57,912 nt of DNA from Coleofasciculus sp. B1-GNL1-01 (GTDB lineage Bacteria > Cyanobacteriota > Cyanobacteriia > Cyanobacteriales > Coleofasciculaceae): assembly GCA_040220235.1 (NCBI GenBank), contig JAVJTO010000012.1; one strand, written 5' to 3'. Of the stretch, positions 43,589-52,085 are shown in pieces. The notes below the pieces were generated by a model. That model had not been told where the DNA came from, searched no databases, and saw nothing but the letters and a program-made list of their open reading frames with translations. Position numbers and translations under genes: made by a program. How positions within the stretch are numbered: position 1 is the stretch's first letter; each line of letters starts with the position of its first letter.

Positions 43589-44112
43589 GTGAAGTACCCC
43601 AACTTGTTTTTAGAAGTTGGAGCTTCCAACTTCTAAAAACAAGGACGGTTTTATTCGTCTTCGGGATTTCCCGTTTCATCCGCCGATGCCACGTTGGGTA
43701 CTTTCAGCAACGAGAAAGTCCGGAACTAAATCCGGTGATGGTCTTACTCAGCATCAACAGGCAGCCGTCCGCCTCCCGCAGACAGTGATATTTTGTTAGT
43801 CCGCTTGGTTTTCGCGGTTTATGGTTAGAGTTCTAACCGGATAATGCCATTAGACATCTTGCGCTATTCTTTTCTGGACGCTTTCACGAACGGTGGTCGA
43901 GTTCATTAACGCGCAAGGACTACATCTCTATCACACCTAGCCCAACCATCTTTAGCCCATGCATTACCATGTAGACCTAGGAGGGTTACTGTTATTATAA
44001 CACTAAAAAATAGAGTTTAAATCATGTAATTTGGAAATTTCGTGCCTCAATTTTCCGATGTCCATCCTCACCCTACTATTGTTGAGGGTGAGGACTTCCG
44101 CGATTACGTTAA
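43589..44112 (-). mobile_element. Non-autonomous IS200/IS605-like element carrying a structured RNA (omega-RNA-like)
   Basis: The minus strand ends hairpin + GGGGTACTTCAC; the opposite end has hairpin TCCTCACCCT/AGGGTGAGGA (44065-44094). An extended -10 TGTTATAAT lies at 44002-43994. No credible ORF. Confidence 0.6.
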
Positions 44113-44198
44113 ATTTGCACGTTTTCACTTATTTAAATGTAGGGACTGATTCTCTCCCTGTTTCCAGACGTAGCAGGCTACGTCTCTACATGGCTCTA

Positions 44199-44576
44199 TT
44201 ATTCACGCTTGAGCCGACGTAGTTCCTCTTGCATCGCCTGAACCTGTTGGCGCATAGCGTCAATATTCTGTTCTTCGCTAGCGGTTTGCTCCTCGTCGTC
44301 AGAAATAATTTCAATCCGGCGGGGTTCAGTTCCCGTCTTGTCAGGTTGCGGAGGTTGAGCTGATTGCTGCTGCTGTTGAGCTTGTTGCACCATATCATCA
44401 ACCATCTTGCGAGCTTCTTCAGTGGTCATTTCACCACGAGCAACCAGTTCATCTGCCAGCTTTTGAGCTTGAGTTCGCAGTTCCCCGATTGTTCCTCCAG
44501 CTTTCTCACTCGCATACGAGGCTAAACCAACGCCCAGATAAAATGCTTTTTGAAACAGATTTCCCAAGTCCGCCAT
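44199..44576 (-). CDS. Phasin-like conserved cyanobacterial protein
   Basis: QKAFYLGVGLA...ELVARGEMTTEEARKMVDD motif with a C-terminal coiled coil. Confidence 0.85.
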   Translation of the reverse strand: MADLGNLFQKAFYLGVGLASYASEKAGGTIGELRTQAQKLADELVARGEMTTEEARKMVDDMVQQAQQQQQSAQPPQPDKTGTEPRRIEIISDDEEQTASEEQNIDAMRQQVQAMQEELRRLKRE

Positions 44577-44693
44577 AATAACTGATGCTCCTTTAAGTAC
44601 GCAAGAACCCTTTTCTAGGATACGAGTGACGCTGGCAAACTGCCTACTTCTATAGTGTATAGAGAAACATGGGGGGATGGGAAAGGATGCAGC

Positions 44694-45233
44694 TTACGCC
44701 AACAACTCATCCACAGACACGGTAAAACCCTGTAAGACGTTCTGTGTCCTCACCTGTTGACCCGATGTAAACATCAATCCCTGATTTGCTGTCATCACCA
44801 TTACCCAGCGACTCTCCGGAAACACCAGCCACACTTCTTCACCCCCCGACTCTAAATACTCCTGGGCTTTGAGCAACACCGTCTCGGCTATATCCGTTGG
44901 CGAAACAATCTCAGCACATAAGGGAAAACTCTGAGGCAACGTAGCAACATTGCCAAACTGTGCCACCAGTGCCGGGGTCAGATATGCCACATCAGGAGAA
45001 CGTCCCTGCTTATTGGTGCGACAAGGCACATCAGTATAAACTTTTCCACCTTGTCCACTGGAGTTTTTGTAATCGTCCCAGTAACGACCTAGCTTCAGTT
45101 GAATTTCACCATGTCTGAGTGTCATACCGTTTTTTTCCACCAGTTGACCATTTACCCACTCCATTTTCTCAGGCGGATTGACCATAAAGTCGTCCAGTGA
45201 GAATTTGTCTGGGATAAGAGTTGCTGTTCCCAT
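44694..45233 (-). CDS. Uma2-family PD-(D/E)XK endonuclease
   Basis: EWVNGQL, RSPDVAY, AEIVSPTD and K.QEYL..G.EEVWLV.P motifs. Confidence 0.92.
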   Translation of the reverse strand: MGTATLIPDKFSLDDFMVNPPEKMEWVNGQLVEKNGMTLRHGEIQLKLGRYWDDYKNSSGQGGKVYTDVPCRTNKQGRSPDVAYLTPALVAQFGNVATLPQSFPLCAEIVSPTDIAETVLLKAQEYLESGGEEVWLVFPESRWVMVMTANQGLMFTSGQQVRTQNVLQGFTVSVDELLA

Positions 45234-45441
45234 TGTTATTTCCTCGTCCTGATTACGCTTTCGAGTATTTCCCTATTCTAATTTATCCAAAACTAACAAC
45301 TCTAACCTGGATGGAACGAGCTTTGAGCCTAGGAACGAACCTTGAGCCGAGAACTAAAGTTCTGGCTTAAAGCTTAAACCCGTTAAAACGGGTTCAACGA
45401 TTTACTCAGCAAGCTACATTATTACTTGATATTTCTGGTTT

Positions 45442-46713
45442 CTATTTGGGTTCTCGAATGGAACCCATGAATAAAATTGTTCCCGTTTGATTATCGCGAA
45501 TCGCACAGAAAAAGGGACGGTCAACCACCATCTCGAAGGGGGTTTGGGTAAAAGAAGCAGAGGTGAGAACTATGCCAACAGAAGTCGCTGCTGCCGCTTC
45601 TGTTCCTTCTTCATTGACTTCGACAAAGGTTTTATGCTTGACTTGATTAATTAAAATATCTGCCTCTGTCATATTAGAAAAATCAGCCCGACGATCAAAA
45701 GCAACGTCCATCCCCAAGGCTTTTAAGGCTTCATTGAGTTTAATTTCGTACTCCAATTTGAAGCGCGGTAGTACGATTGAGCCATCCCGTTTACCGAACC
45801 GATTCATCCATTGTTGCCAGTTTTCTGGAGTGAGTTGCTGCTCAAAGGTATCTAGACTCACAGTTTCACGGGGAAGAAAGACATAGAAACTTAGGCGTCC
45901 TTTACCGTAAGGTAAGCTGATGGCTTGTACGCTGTCATCTTCATAATATTGATACTCTCCCGATTGAGACATCATCGGGTGTTGTTTCTGAGTTCCATCG
46001 GCTAAATAAAAGGGACGATCTTCCGTTTTATCTTTGTCAAATTGCTCCATCCAGTTGCCTTTAAAATAGATGGCATTAATCAAAAATAGAAGATCATCGG
46101 GTTGGATGTCGCTAATAATTTGCGGTATTTTGCCGTTAGTCTTTTCTTTGACCCAGTTATTGATGATACGTTTAGCTTCAGGGTTAGCAAAGTCTAGGTC
46201 AGTTACTTGAGCATCGTAGAATTGCTGATTGCGTTGCAGGAATTCAGGTTTAAATGAGACGCCTTGTTTTGCCCAAAGCGAGTTAGCGATGGAAAGCTGA
46301 ATATCAGAGTCGGCGTTTTCTAAGGTAGTTTTTAATGCTTCATTTGCCTGGTTAACCTCTGACAGACTCATCCCTTGAAGTTCTAGCGCGTTTGCCATAG
46401 CTGCTTGGGTTTCACCGCTCGCCCCATTGTAGGTCATGGCTAGGGCGATCGCGATGCTGGTTGGCGAGATAAAAACGTTCTTATTGCTATCTTCCTGAAG
46501 AATCTCAGAAAATAACTTAAATCCAAATTTGGTATTGGCTTCAACGAGTTGGGTATTCACAGACGGGTTGGGTTGCTGTGCGGTTAACTCTGGCTTTTGA
46601 GGGTTTGGGGCGTTTTGGGCATTGATTTTTTGGCTGATTAACCCTGCTAGGAATCCGGCTAAAACGATACCTGCGGTGATAATCCCTGTGCGACGGAGTG
46701 TCTTTTGATTCAT
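45442..46713 (-). CDS. Serpin (secreted)
   Basis: NVFISPTSI, INAIYFKGNW, EVNEEGTEAAAAT hinge and VVDRPF; N-terminal signal/anchor. Confidence 0.96.
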   Translation of the reverse strand: MNQKTLRRTGIITAGIVLAGFLAGLISQKINAQNAPNPQKPELTAQQPNPSVNTQLVEANTKFGFKLFSEILQEDSNKNVFISPTSIAIALAMTYNGASGETQAAMANALELQGMSLSEVNQANEALKTTLENADSDIQLSIANSLWAKQGVSFKPEFLQRNQQFYDAQVTDLDFANPEAKRIINNWVKEKTNGKIPQIISDIQPDDLLFLINAIYFKGNWMEQFDKDKTEDRPFYLADGTQKQHPMMSQSGEYQYYEDDSVQAISLPYGKGRLSFYVFLPRETVSLDTFEQQLTPENWQQWMNRFGKRDGSIVLPRFKLEYEIKLNEALKALGMDVAFDRRADFSNMTEADILINQVKHKTFVEVNEEGTEAAAATSVGIVLTSASFTQTPFEMVVDRPFFCAIRDNQTGTILFMGSIREPK

Positions 46714-47054
46714 TAGTATACCTCAATGACCCATGTTCTGTTTAAGGATGACCGATTTGGGTTAAAGGTGTTCCACAGGTTGCTGTTTTGGTAACGAATC
46801 AGCAAGAGGAGGCGATTGAAATCGCTGCTACACAAACAAAGTCCGCCTGCGCGGACTGAGTTATAACGGGGGTAGCTAACCCGGATTTGGTATTAACAAT
46901 AGGAATCCGCTCAATTTGCTTAGTCTCCCCACTTTTTCCACTGACTATTCAGTTTATTTCTCAATTTAAACCTTGGTCGGGGCGGGTTTATTCACATCTG
47001 GGTGAGATAATACACGATAATAGTGAAACCCGCCCCTACACAATAGGCAAAACT

Positions 47055-48710
47055 CTATCGGTCTGGTACTGTCCACCAGGCTAAGGCGTAAGGTTGAGAG
47101 TTTTCATTCTCCTGTTGACGATATTGAACCCGGATTTTATAGCGACCTGAAACCGGAACGGGACAGAATATATGTTCCACACTATCCACTTCACTTACAG
47201 AAGCGCAGGCACTTTTACGGGTATCATTTTCATCAAGAGGTATCAGGTAAAGGTCGAGATTATTTAAACCGCGATCGCGGAAACTTTCGCCAACATCATA
47301 CACCTCATTTCCATTCTCATCCTTTAACTCAACTAACCGATCCCACGCCAGTGTCAGCGCCACATAACTATCTGCCTTTAAAGGTTTTTCTAAGACATAA
47401 TCCTGAAACGATTTAGCCTTAACTGAACTATAATCCCAACCCACAGGCGGTACAGCCCCCGTTGAACTCCACTGTCCGGGACTAAATTGTTGATAGGCGC
47501 GGAAAACATTGAGATGTCCGGTTCCCATTTGCATATCCAGGGGAATTTTGGTGTTGAGATAAGCATCCGATTCTACCCAGGTGTAATTATCTTTGCTCAA
47601 TAGGGTGCGACTCATCCCTAGATGCAACCCATCCCCCTCGTCTTGGATTTTGTCAGCCGAATTGAGTAACACCGCTTTCATCACTTCATGGCGTCTGGAA
47701 TCGGTAGTCCATTGGGGTTGATTGGCGTTGAGTTGGCGATCGCCAAATTCTTGAATTAGGGCGACTGAGGCGGTAATATGCGGCGCGGCGAAACTTGTCC
47801 CACTCACTTCGACAATTTTTCCATCCAGGTCGTAGACTAAAATACGACTTCCTGGTGCAACTAAATTAATGGCACGGCGAGTTCCCTGGTTAATTTCCCG
47901 TTGAATTAAACGCCGACCAATTCCCTCTGGCAGATCACTCAAGTTGGCAAAGTCTACCTTGGTAAATAGCCCTTGGCGTTGGGTGGTATAGGCAGTGGTA
48001 ATCCCGTTATAGTGATCCGTGGGAATGGGAATGCCACCTTTGCCTTGATTGCCTGCAATCACGTAGAGAACATTATGAGTCCGGGCTGACCAATCAATAC
48101 ATTTTGTTAACAGGGCATTGCCATCAAGCGCCGCTTGTGATCCTCTGGCATCTCGTTGCAGGGATTCACCAAAACTGAAGTTAATTGCCCGCACATCACC
48201 ACTATTTTGCCGAGCAACATGCTGGGAGGACAGGCATTCTTCCGGCTGTCCACTGCGGATTGGGGAACCGACAGCCGAAGCGTAGAGTCTGGCTCCTGGT
48301 GCGACTCCGGGTAAGGTTTTATCCTTACTCACCATGACACCCGCCACCATTGCTGCATGAGTATCCACATCCGTATCCGCTTTCGCGGGTCGATCACGAT
48401 AAAAAACCCGCTCAAGTGCGATCGCGGGATTCCAAGATACAGCTTTATCAACGCCAAATAAGCCCGGTCTACCGATTTCCACCTGACCAATGGCTACTTT
48501 ATGACCTCTCAAGTTGTAGGGGGGAGCATGGAGTCGCAACGCATCAATTCCAGCTTCTCCAATCGAAATCGGTGACGCTAAGATTGGGGTGGTCAGGGTA
48601 GAGAGTCCTACACCTCCAATCATCCATCCCAGTTTTTTGATCAGCGACCGCATAGCCAAGGCAGGTTCTCCTAACTTGAAATATAGTTTTGTCGGGGTGG
48701 GTTTAGCCAC
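47055..48710 (-). CDS. S8 subtilisin-like serine peptidase (start may be ATG at 48653)
   Basis: HAAMVAGV (His), AGN oxyanion and SGTSFAAPH (Ser); Glu in GQVEIG at the usual Asp position. Confidence 0.9.
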   Translation of the reverse strand: MAKPTPTKLYFKLGEPALAMRSLIKKLGWMIGGVGLSTLTTPILASPISIGEAGIDALRLHAPPYNLRGHKVAIGQVEIGRPGLFGVDKAVSWNPAIALERVFYRDRPAKADTDVDTHAAMVAGVMVSKDKTLPGVAPGARLYASAVGSPIRSGQPEECLSSQHVARQNSGDVRAINFSFGESLQRDARGSQAALDGNALLTKCIDWSARTHNVLYVIAGNQGKGGIPIPTDHYNGITTAYTTQRQGLFTKVDFANLSDLPEGIGRRLIQREINQGTRRAINLVAPGSRILVYDLDGKIVEVSGTSFAAPHITASVALIQEFGDRQLNANQPQWTTDSRRHEVMKAVLLNSADKIQDEGDGLHLGMSRTLLSKDNYTWVESDAYLNTKIPLDMQMGTGHLNVFRAYQQFSPGQWSSTGAVPPVGWDYSSVKAKSFQDYVLEKPLKADSYVALTLAWDRLVELKDENGNEVYDVGESFRDRGLNNLDLYLIPLDENDTRKSACASVSEVDSVEHIFCPVPVSGRYKIRVQYRQQENENSQPYALAWWTVPDR

Positions 48711-48764
48711 TTCGTATTGCTACTAATGATAACGTTTCTACACAACCTTCCTTGCCGAGTTTTG

Positions 48765-48869
48765 AGTGCGATCGCGGGATTCCAAGATACGGCTTTATCA
48801 ACGCCAAATAAGCCCGGTCTACCGATTTCCGCCTGACCAATGGCGAATTTTATGACCTCTCAAGTTGTA
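48765..48869. repeat. Near-identical duplicate of 48415-48518 (internal piece of the S8 gene)
   Basis: Direct comparison shows AGTGCGATCGCGGGATTCCAAGATAC...ATGACCTCTCAAGTTGTA in both, with a few substitutions and one indel. Confidence 0.92.
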
Positions 48870-48960
48870 AAGGAAAAATTAGGTCACGTTTTGTTAGGGG
48901 ATTGCTAAAGACTTTGTTAAGATAAAATCTAACAGAGGACTTAGGAGACTATCACCAGTT

Positions 48961-49668
48961 ATGACCCAAACGCAATCCCAAAAACCCATCGTCGTTGCCC
49001 CCTCCATTTTATCAGCCGATTTTAGCCGACTGGGGGAACAAGTGCAGGCAGTGGATGCTGCTGGTGCTGACTGGATTCACGTTGATGTGATGGATGGGCG
49101 GTTTGTCCCCAATATTACAATCGGTCCTCTAATTGTCAAAGCGTTGCGCCCGGTTACCCAAAAGCCTCTGGATGTCCACTTGATGATCGTGGAACCGGAA
49201 AAGTATGTTGAGGATTTTGCCGAAGCTGGGGCGGATATTATTTCGGTTCATGCGGAACATAACGCTTCCCCCCATTTGCACCGCACCCTGACTCAGATTC
49301 AAGAATTGGGTAAGCAAGCGGGTGTGGTTCTCAATCCCTCCACCCCGTTAGAGTTGATTGACTATGTGTTAGATGTCTGCGACTTGGTGTTGATTATGAG
49401 TGTCAACCCTGGTTTTGGCGGTCAAAGCTTTATTACTGGCGTACTTCCCAAAATTCGCAAGTTGCGTCAGATCTGCGATGAACGCGGACTCGATCCCTGG
49501 ATTGAAGTCGATGGTGGACTCAAAGCCGACAACACCTGGCAAGTTTTGGAAGCTGGGGCTAACGCGATCGTTTCTGGTTCTGGTGTGTTTAAGCAGGATG
49601 ATTACGCCAAGGCGATTACCGGAATTCGCAATAGCAAGCGTCCCGAACCGGAATTAGCCACGGTTTAA
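48961..49668 (+). CDS. rpe: Ribulose-phosphate 3-epimerase
   Basis: [40 protein letters not shown] and EVDGG motifs. Confidence 0.98.
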   Translation: MTQTQSQKPIVVAPSILSADFSRLGEQVQAVDAAGADWIHVDVMDGRFVPNITIGPLIVKALRPVTQKPLDVHLMIVEPEKYVEDFAEAGADIISVHAEHNASPHLHRTLTQIQELGKQAGVVLNPSTPLELIDYVLDVCDLVLIMSVNPGFGGQSFITGVLPKIRKLRQICDERGLDPWIEVDGGLKADNTWQVLEAGANAIVSGSGVFKQDDYAKAITGIRNSKRPEPELATV

Positions 49669-50027
49669 AAAGGAAAAGGTGGAATCGTAACATTCCCCGC
49701 TTTGATGTCAACTTAACCTGAAAGCCAGAAAAACTCACATCTTGCACCCGTCTCACCAACCGCCTTGGCTTAAAACCCAAGGAACCCAAGCGAAAGTCAG
49801 AATCGAGTTGACTGGATAACAATTGCAGTCGTCTTTAGACGACTTGTGCTTTTAGCCAAGAACTTGAGTTCTTGGCTAGCGTCAAGGCTTACCGACTCTC
49901 GGTGTAAGATATCAGAAAAACCGATTTGCCGGGGCGGGTTTTACCGATAAGGTTTAGCAACAACCGATAACGTCACGAAATCCGCCCTGCTTAGGTTATC
50001 CCTATCTACGCTTTTTCCCGATCAGCC

Positions 50028-50651
50028 ATGGAAGCAATAACCTTGCATGTTCCCACCACGGTAACTCTAACCGATGAGCAATTCTATCAGTTGTGCATAG
50101 CAAATGAAGAACATCGGATGGAACTAACGGCTGAAGGAGACTTGATTATTATGCCGCCAACGGGTGGAGAAAGTGGGATTAGAAATTCGGATTTAAATGC
50201 TGATTTGGTCATCTGGAACCGCCAGACTCGACTCGGTGATGTGTTTGATTCCTCGACTATTTTTAAATTACCTAATGGTGCGAAACGATTCTCCTACGGA
50301 GACGCTTCGCGAACGCCTGATGTTTCTTGGGTGATTCGAGAACGATGGGAAGCGTTATCTCCGGACGATAGACGCCGATTTCCACCCCTGTGTCCAGACT
50401 TTGTGATTGAGTTGCGTTCTGAAACCGATAACCTACCCCCCCTGCAACGCAAAATGGAGGAGTATCTTGCCAATGGTTTACGGCTAGGTTGGTTACTTGA
50501 TCCCCAAACGCCTTTAGCAGAAATTTACCGTCCTGATCGAGAGGTGGAAACGTTGAATTTCTCCACTCAACCAATATCTCCTATTTTATCAGGGGAATCA
50601 GTACTTCCTGAATTTATTCTTGATTTGACTTCTATTTTTAATTTTGAGTGA
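50028..50651 (+). CDS. Uma2-family endonuclease with an 8-aa insertion
   Basis: ELTAEG.LIIMPPTG, FDSST.FKLPNGA, PDVSW, CPDFVIELRS and KMEEYL.NG.RLGWL motifs. Confidence 0.92.
   Translation: MEAITLHVPTTVTLTDEQFYQLCIANEEHRMELTAEGDLIIMPPTGGESGIRNSDLNADLVIWNRQTRLGDVFDSSTIFKLPNGAKRFSYGDASRTPDVSWVIRERWEALSPDDRRRFPPLCPDFVIELRSETDNLPPLQRKMEEYLANGLRLGWLLDPQTPLAEIYRPDREVETLNFSTQPISPILSGESVLPEFILDLTSIFNFE
50290..50313. repeat. 24-nt small dispersed repeat inserted at a HIP1-like site
   Basis: Removing TCTCCTACGGAGACGCTTCGCGAA restores CGATCGCCTGAT (R-S-P-D). Confidence 0.75.
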
Positions 50652-50683
50652 ACCGATTTGAGTGATGATACCAAATTTTCATA

Positions 50684-50718
50684 ACAAATGACAAATGACA
50701 AATGACAAATGACAAATG
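50684..50718 (+). repeat. Heptamer tandem repeat (ACAAATG)x5, STRR-like
   Basis: Five exact copies; the last contains the ATG of the next gene. A related tract lies at about 17921-17950. Confidence 0.9.
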
Positions 50719-52002
50719 TACCAAGTCCCTTACGGAAAAACGTTTCTAGAATTTGATTTACCGCCAGGGATGCGGGGGACATTAGTGAAGTCTGAAGCCG
50801 TCCAACCCCTAACAGATGTTGAGGGGGCGATCGCGAAAACTCTCTCAACCCCGATCAATTCCCCATCCTTAGACAAATTAGCACATCCAGGCGATCGCGT
50901 TTGTATTGTGTTTACAGATATTACTCGCGATAGTCCTGATCAGGTATTGATTCCACCCCTATTACAGCAGTTAGAAAAAGCTGGAGTACGTGACCAAGAT
51001 ATTACCCTATTGTGCGGGATTGGTATGCATCGCCCTAGCACCATGGCGGAAAAGGTGACGAAGTTAGGACAAGGGGTGGTTGATCGGTATCGGGTGATTG
51101 ACCATGAACCGCAAAACCCAGATCAATTAGTCGATTTAGGCGTAATTAATGGTATCCCTTTATCGGTTAACAAAATAGCATACCATGCCGATATCCTCAT
51201 CGCGACTGGAATTGTCGAACCTCATCAATATGCTGGCTATTCGGGTGGGTGTAAAACGGTTGCTGTGGGTGCGGCTGGAGAACCCTTAATTGCCTATAGT
51301 CATGGTCCTGAGTTTATTGATCATCCCAACTGTCGTCTGGGTAAACTTGAGGGAAATCCGTTTCAGCAGGCGGTGACAGAGGCAGCAATGCGGGCGGGAT
51401 TGAGATTTATTATTAATGTGGTTCTTGATGACCAAAAACAGATTGTCTCAGTATTAGCAGGAGAACCCATAGAAACCCATAAACAACTGGTCGAACAAGC
51501 GAAAACCTTTAATCAAGTCTCTATTTCTCAGCAATACGATGTGGTCATTGGTGGGGTTGGATTTCCCAAAGATGCTAACCTCTATCAAGCCAGTCGTGCA
51601 GCGAGTTATCTGTTTTTTGCACCAACTCCCGTTGTGCGTCCAGGGGGTTATTTCATTATCCCCGCACAATGTCCAGAAGGTGTAGGTGAAGGAGTAGGAG
51701 AACAGCGTTTCTTGGCGGCGATGCGAGATATTCCTTCTGTACAACAGATTCTGGAAGATGGACGTAAACATGGGTATCCGCCGGGTCAACAACGTGCGTT
51801 TGTCATGGCAAAGGTGTTAGAACAGAATTCGGTGATTATTGTCGGCAGTGATTATCCAGAGGTTGTGGAGGCGTGTAAAATGTTGCCTGCGGCGACAATG
51901 GATAAGGCTTTAGCAATAGTGGCTGCTGACTTAGGCAAGGATTTGGATGTTTTAGTTGTTCCTCATGCTTTGTTGACGTTACCTGTAATTAATCATCAAT
52001 GA
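50716..52002 (+). CDS. larA: LarA-family nickel-pincer racemase/epimerase
   Basis: VPYGK, FTDITR, CGIGMHR, VEPHQYAGYSGG.K, NLYQA and CPEGVG motifs. Confidence 0.85.
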   Translation: MYQVPYGKTFLEFDLPPGMRGTLVKSEAVQPLTDVEGAIAKTLSTPINSPSLDKLAHPGDRVCIVFTDITRDSPDQVLIPPLLQQLEKAGVRDQDITLLCGIGMHRPSTMAEKVTKLGQGVVDRYRVIDHEPQNPDQLVDLGVINGIPLSVNKIAYHADILIATGIVEPHQYAGYSGGCKTVAVGAAGEPLIAYSHGPEFIDHPNCRLGKLEGNPFQQAVTEAAMRAGLRFIINVVLDDQKQIVSVLAGEPIETHKQLVEQAKTFNQVSISQQYDVVIGGVGFPKDANLYQASRAASYLFFAPTPVVRPGGYFIIPAQCPEGVGEGVGEQRFLAAMRDIPSVQQILEDGRKHGYPPGQQRAFVMAKVLEQNSVIIVGSDYPEVVEACKMLPAATMDKALAIVAADLGKDLDVLVVPHALLTLPVINHQ

Positions 52003-52085
52003 TTTATCTCAATAGACTATGAAATAAATTGTAGGTTGGGTTGAGCGAAGTCGAAACCCAACAAATCTAAGGCTTAAGCATTGAC

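Noticed and set aside
43589..44112. Group I intron/IStron or HEARO RNA
   Set aside because: I could not identify group I P7 core elements or HEARO/IscB motifs by eye; an Infernal scan is needed to exclude them fully.
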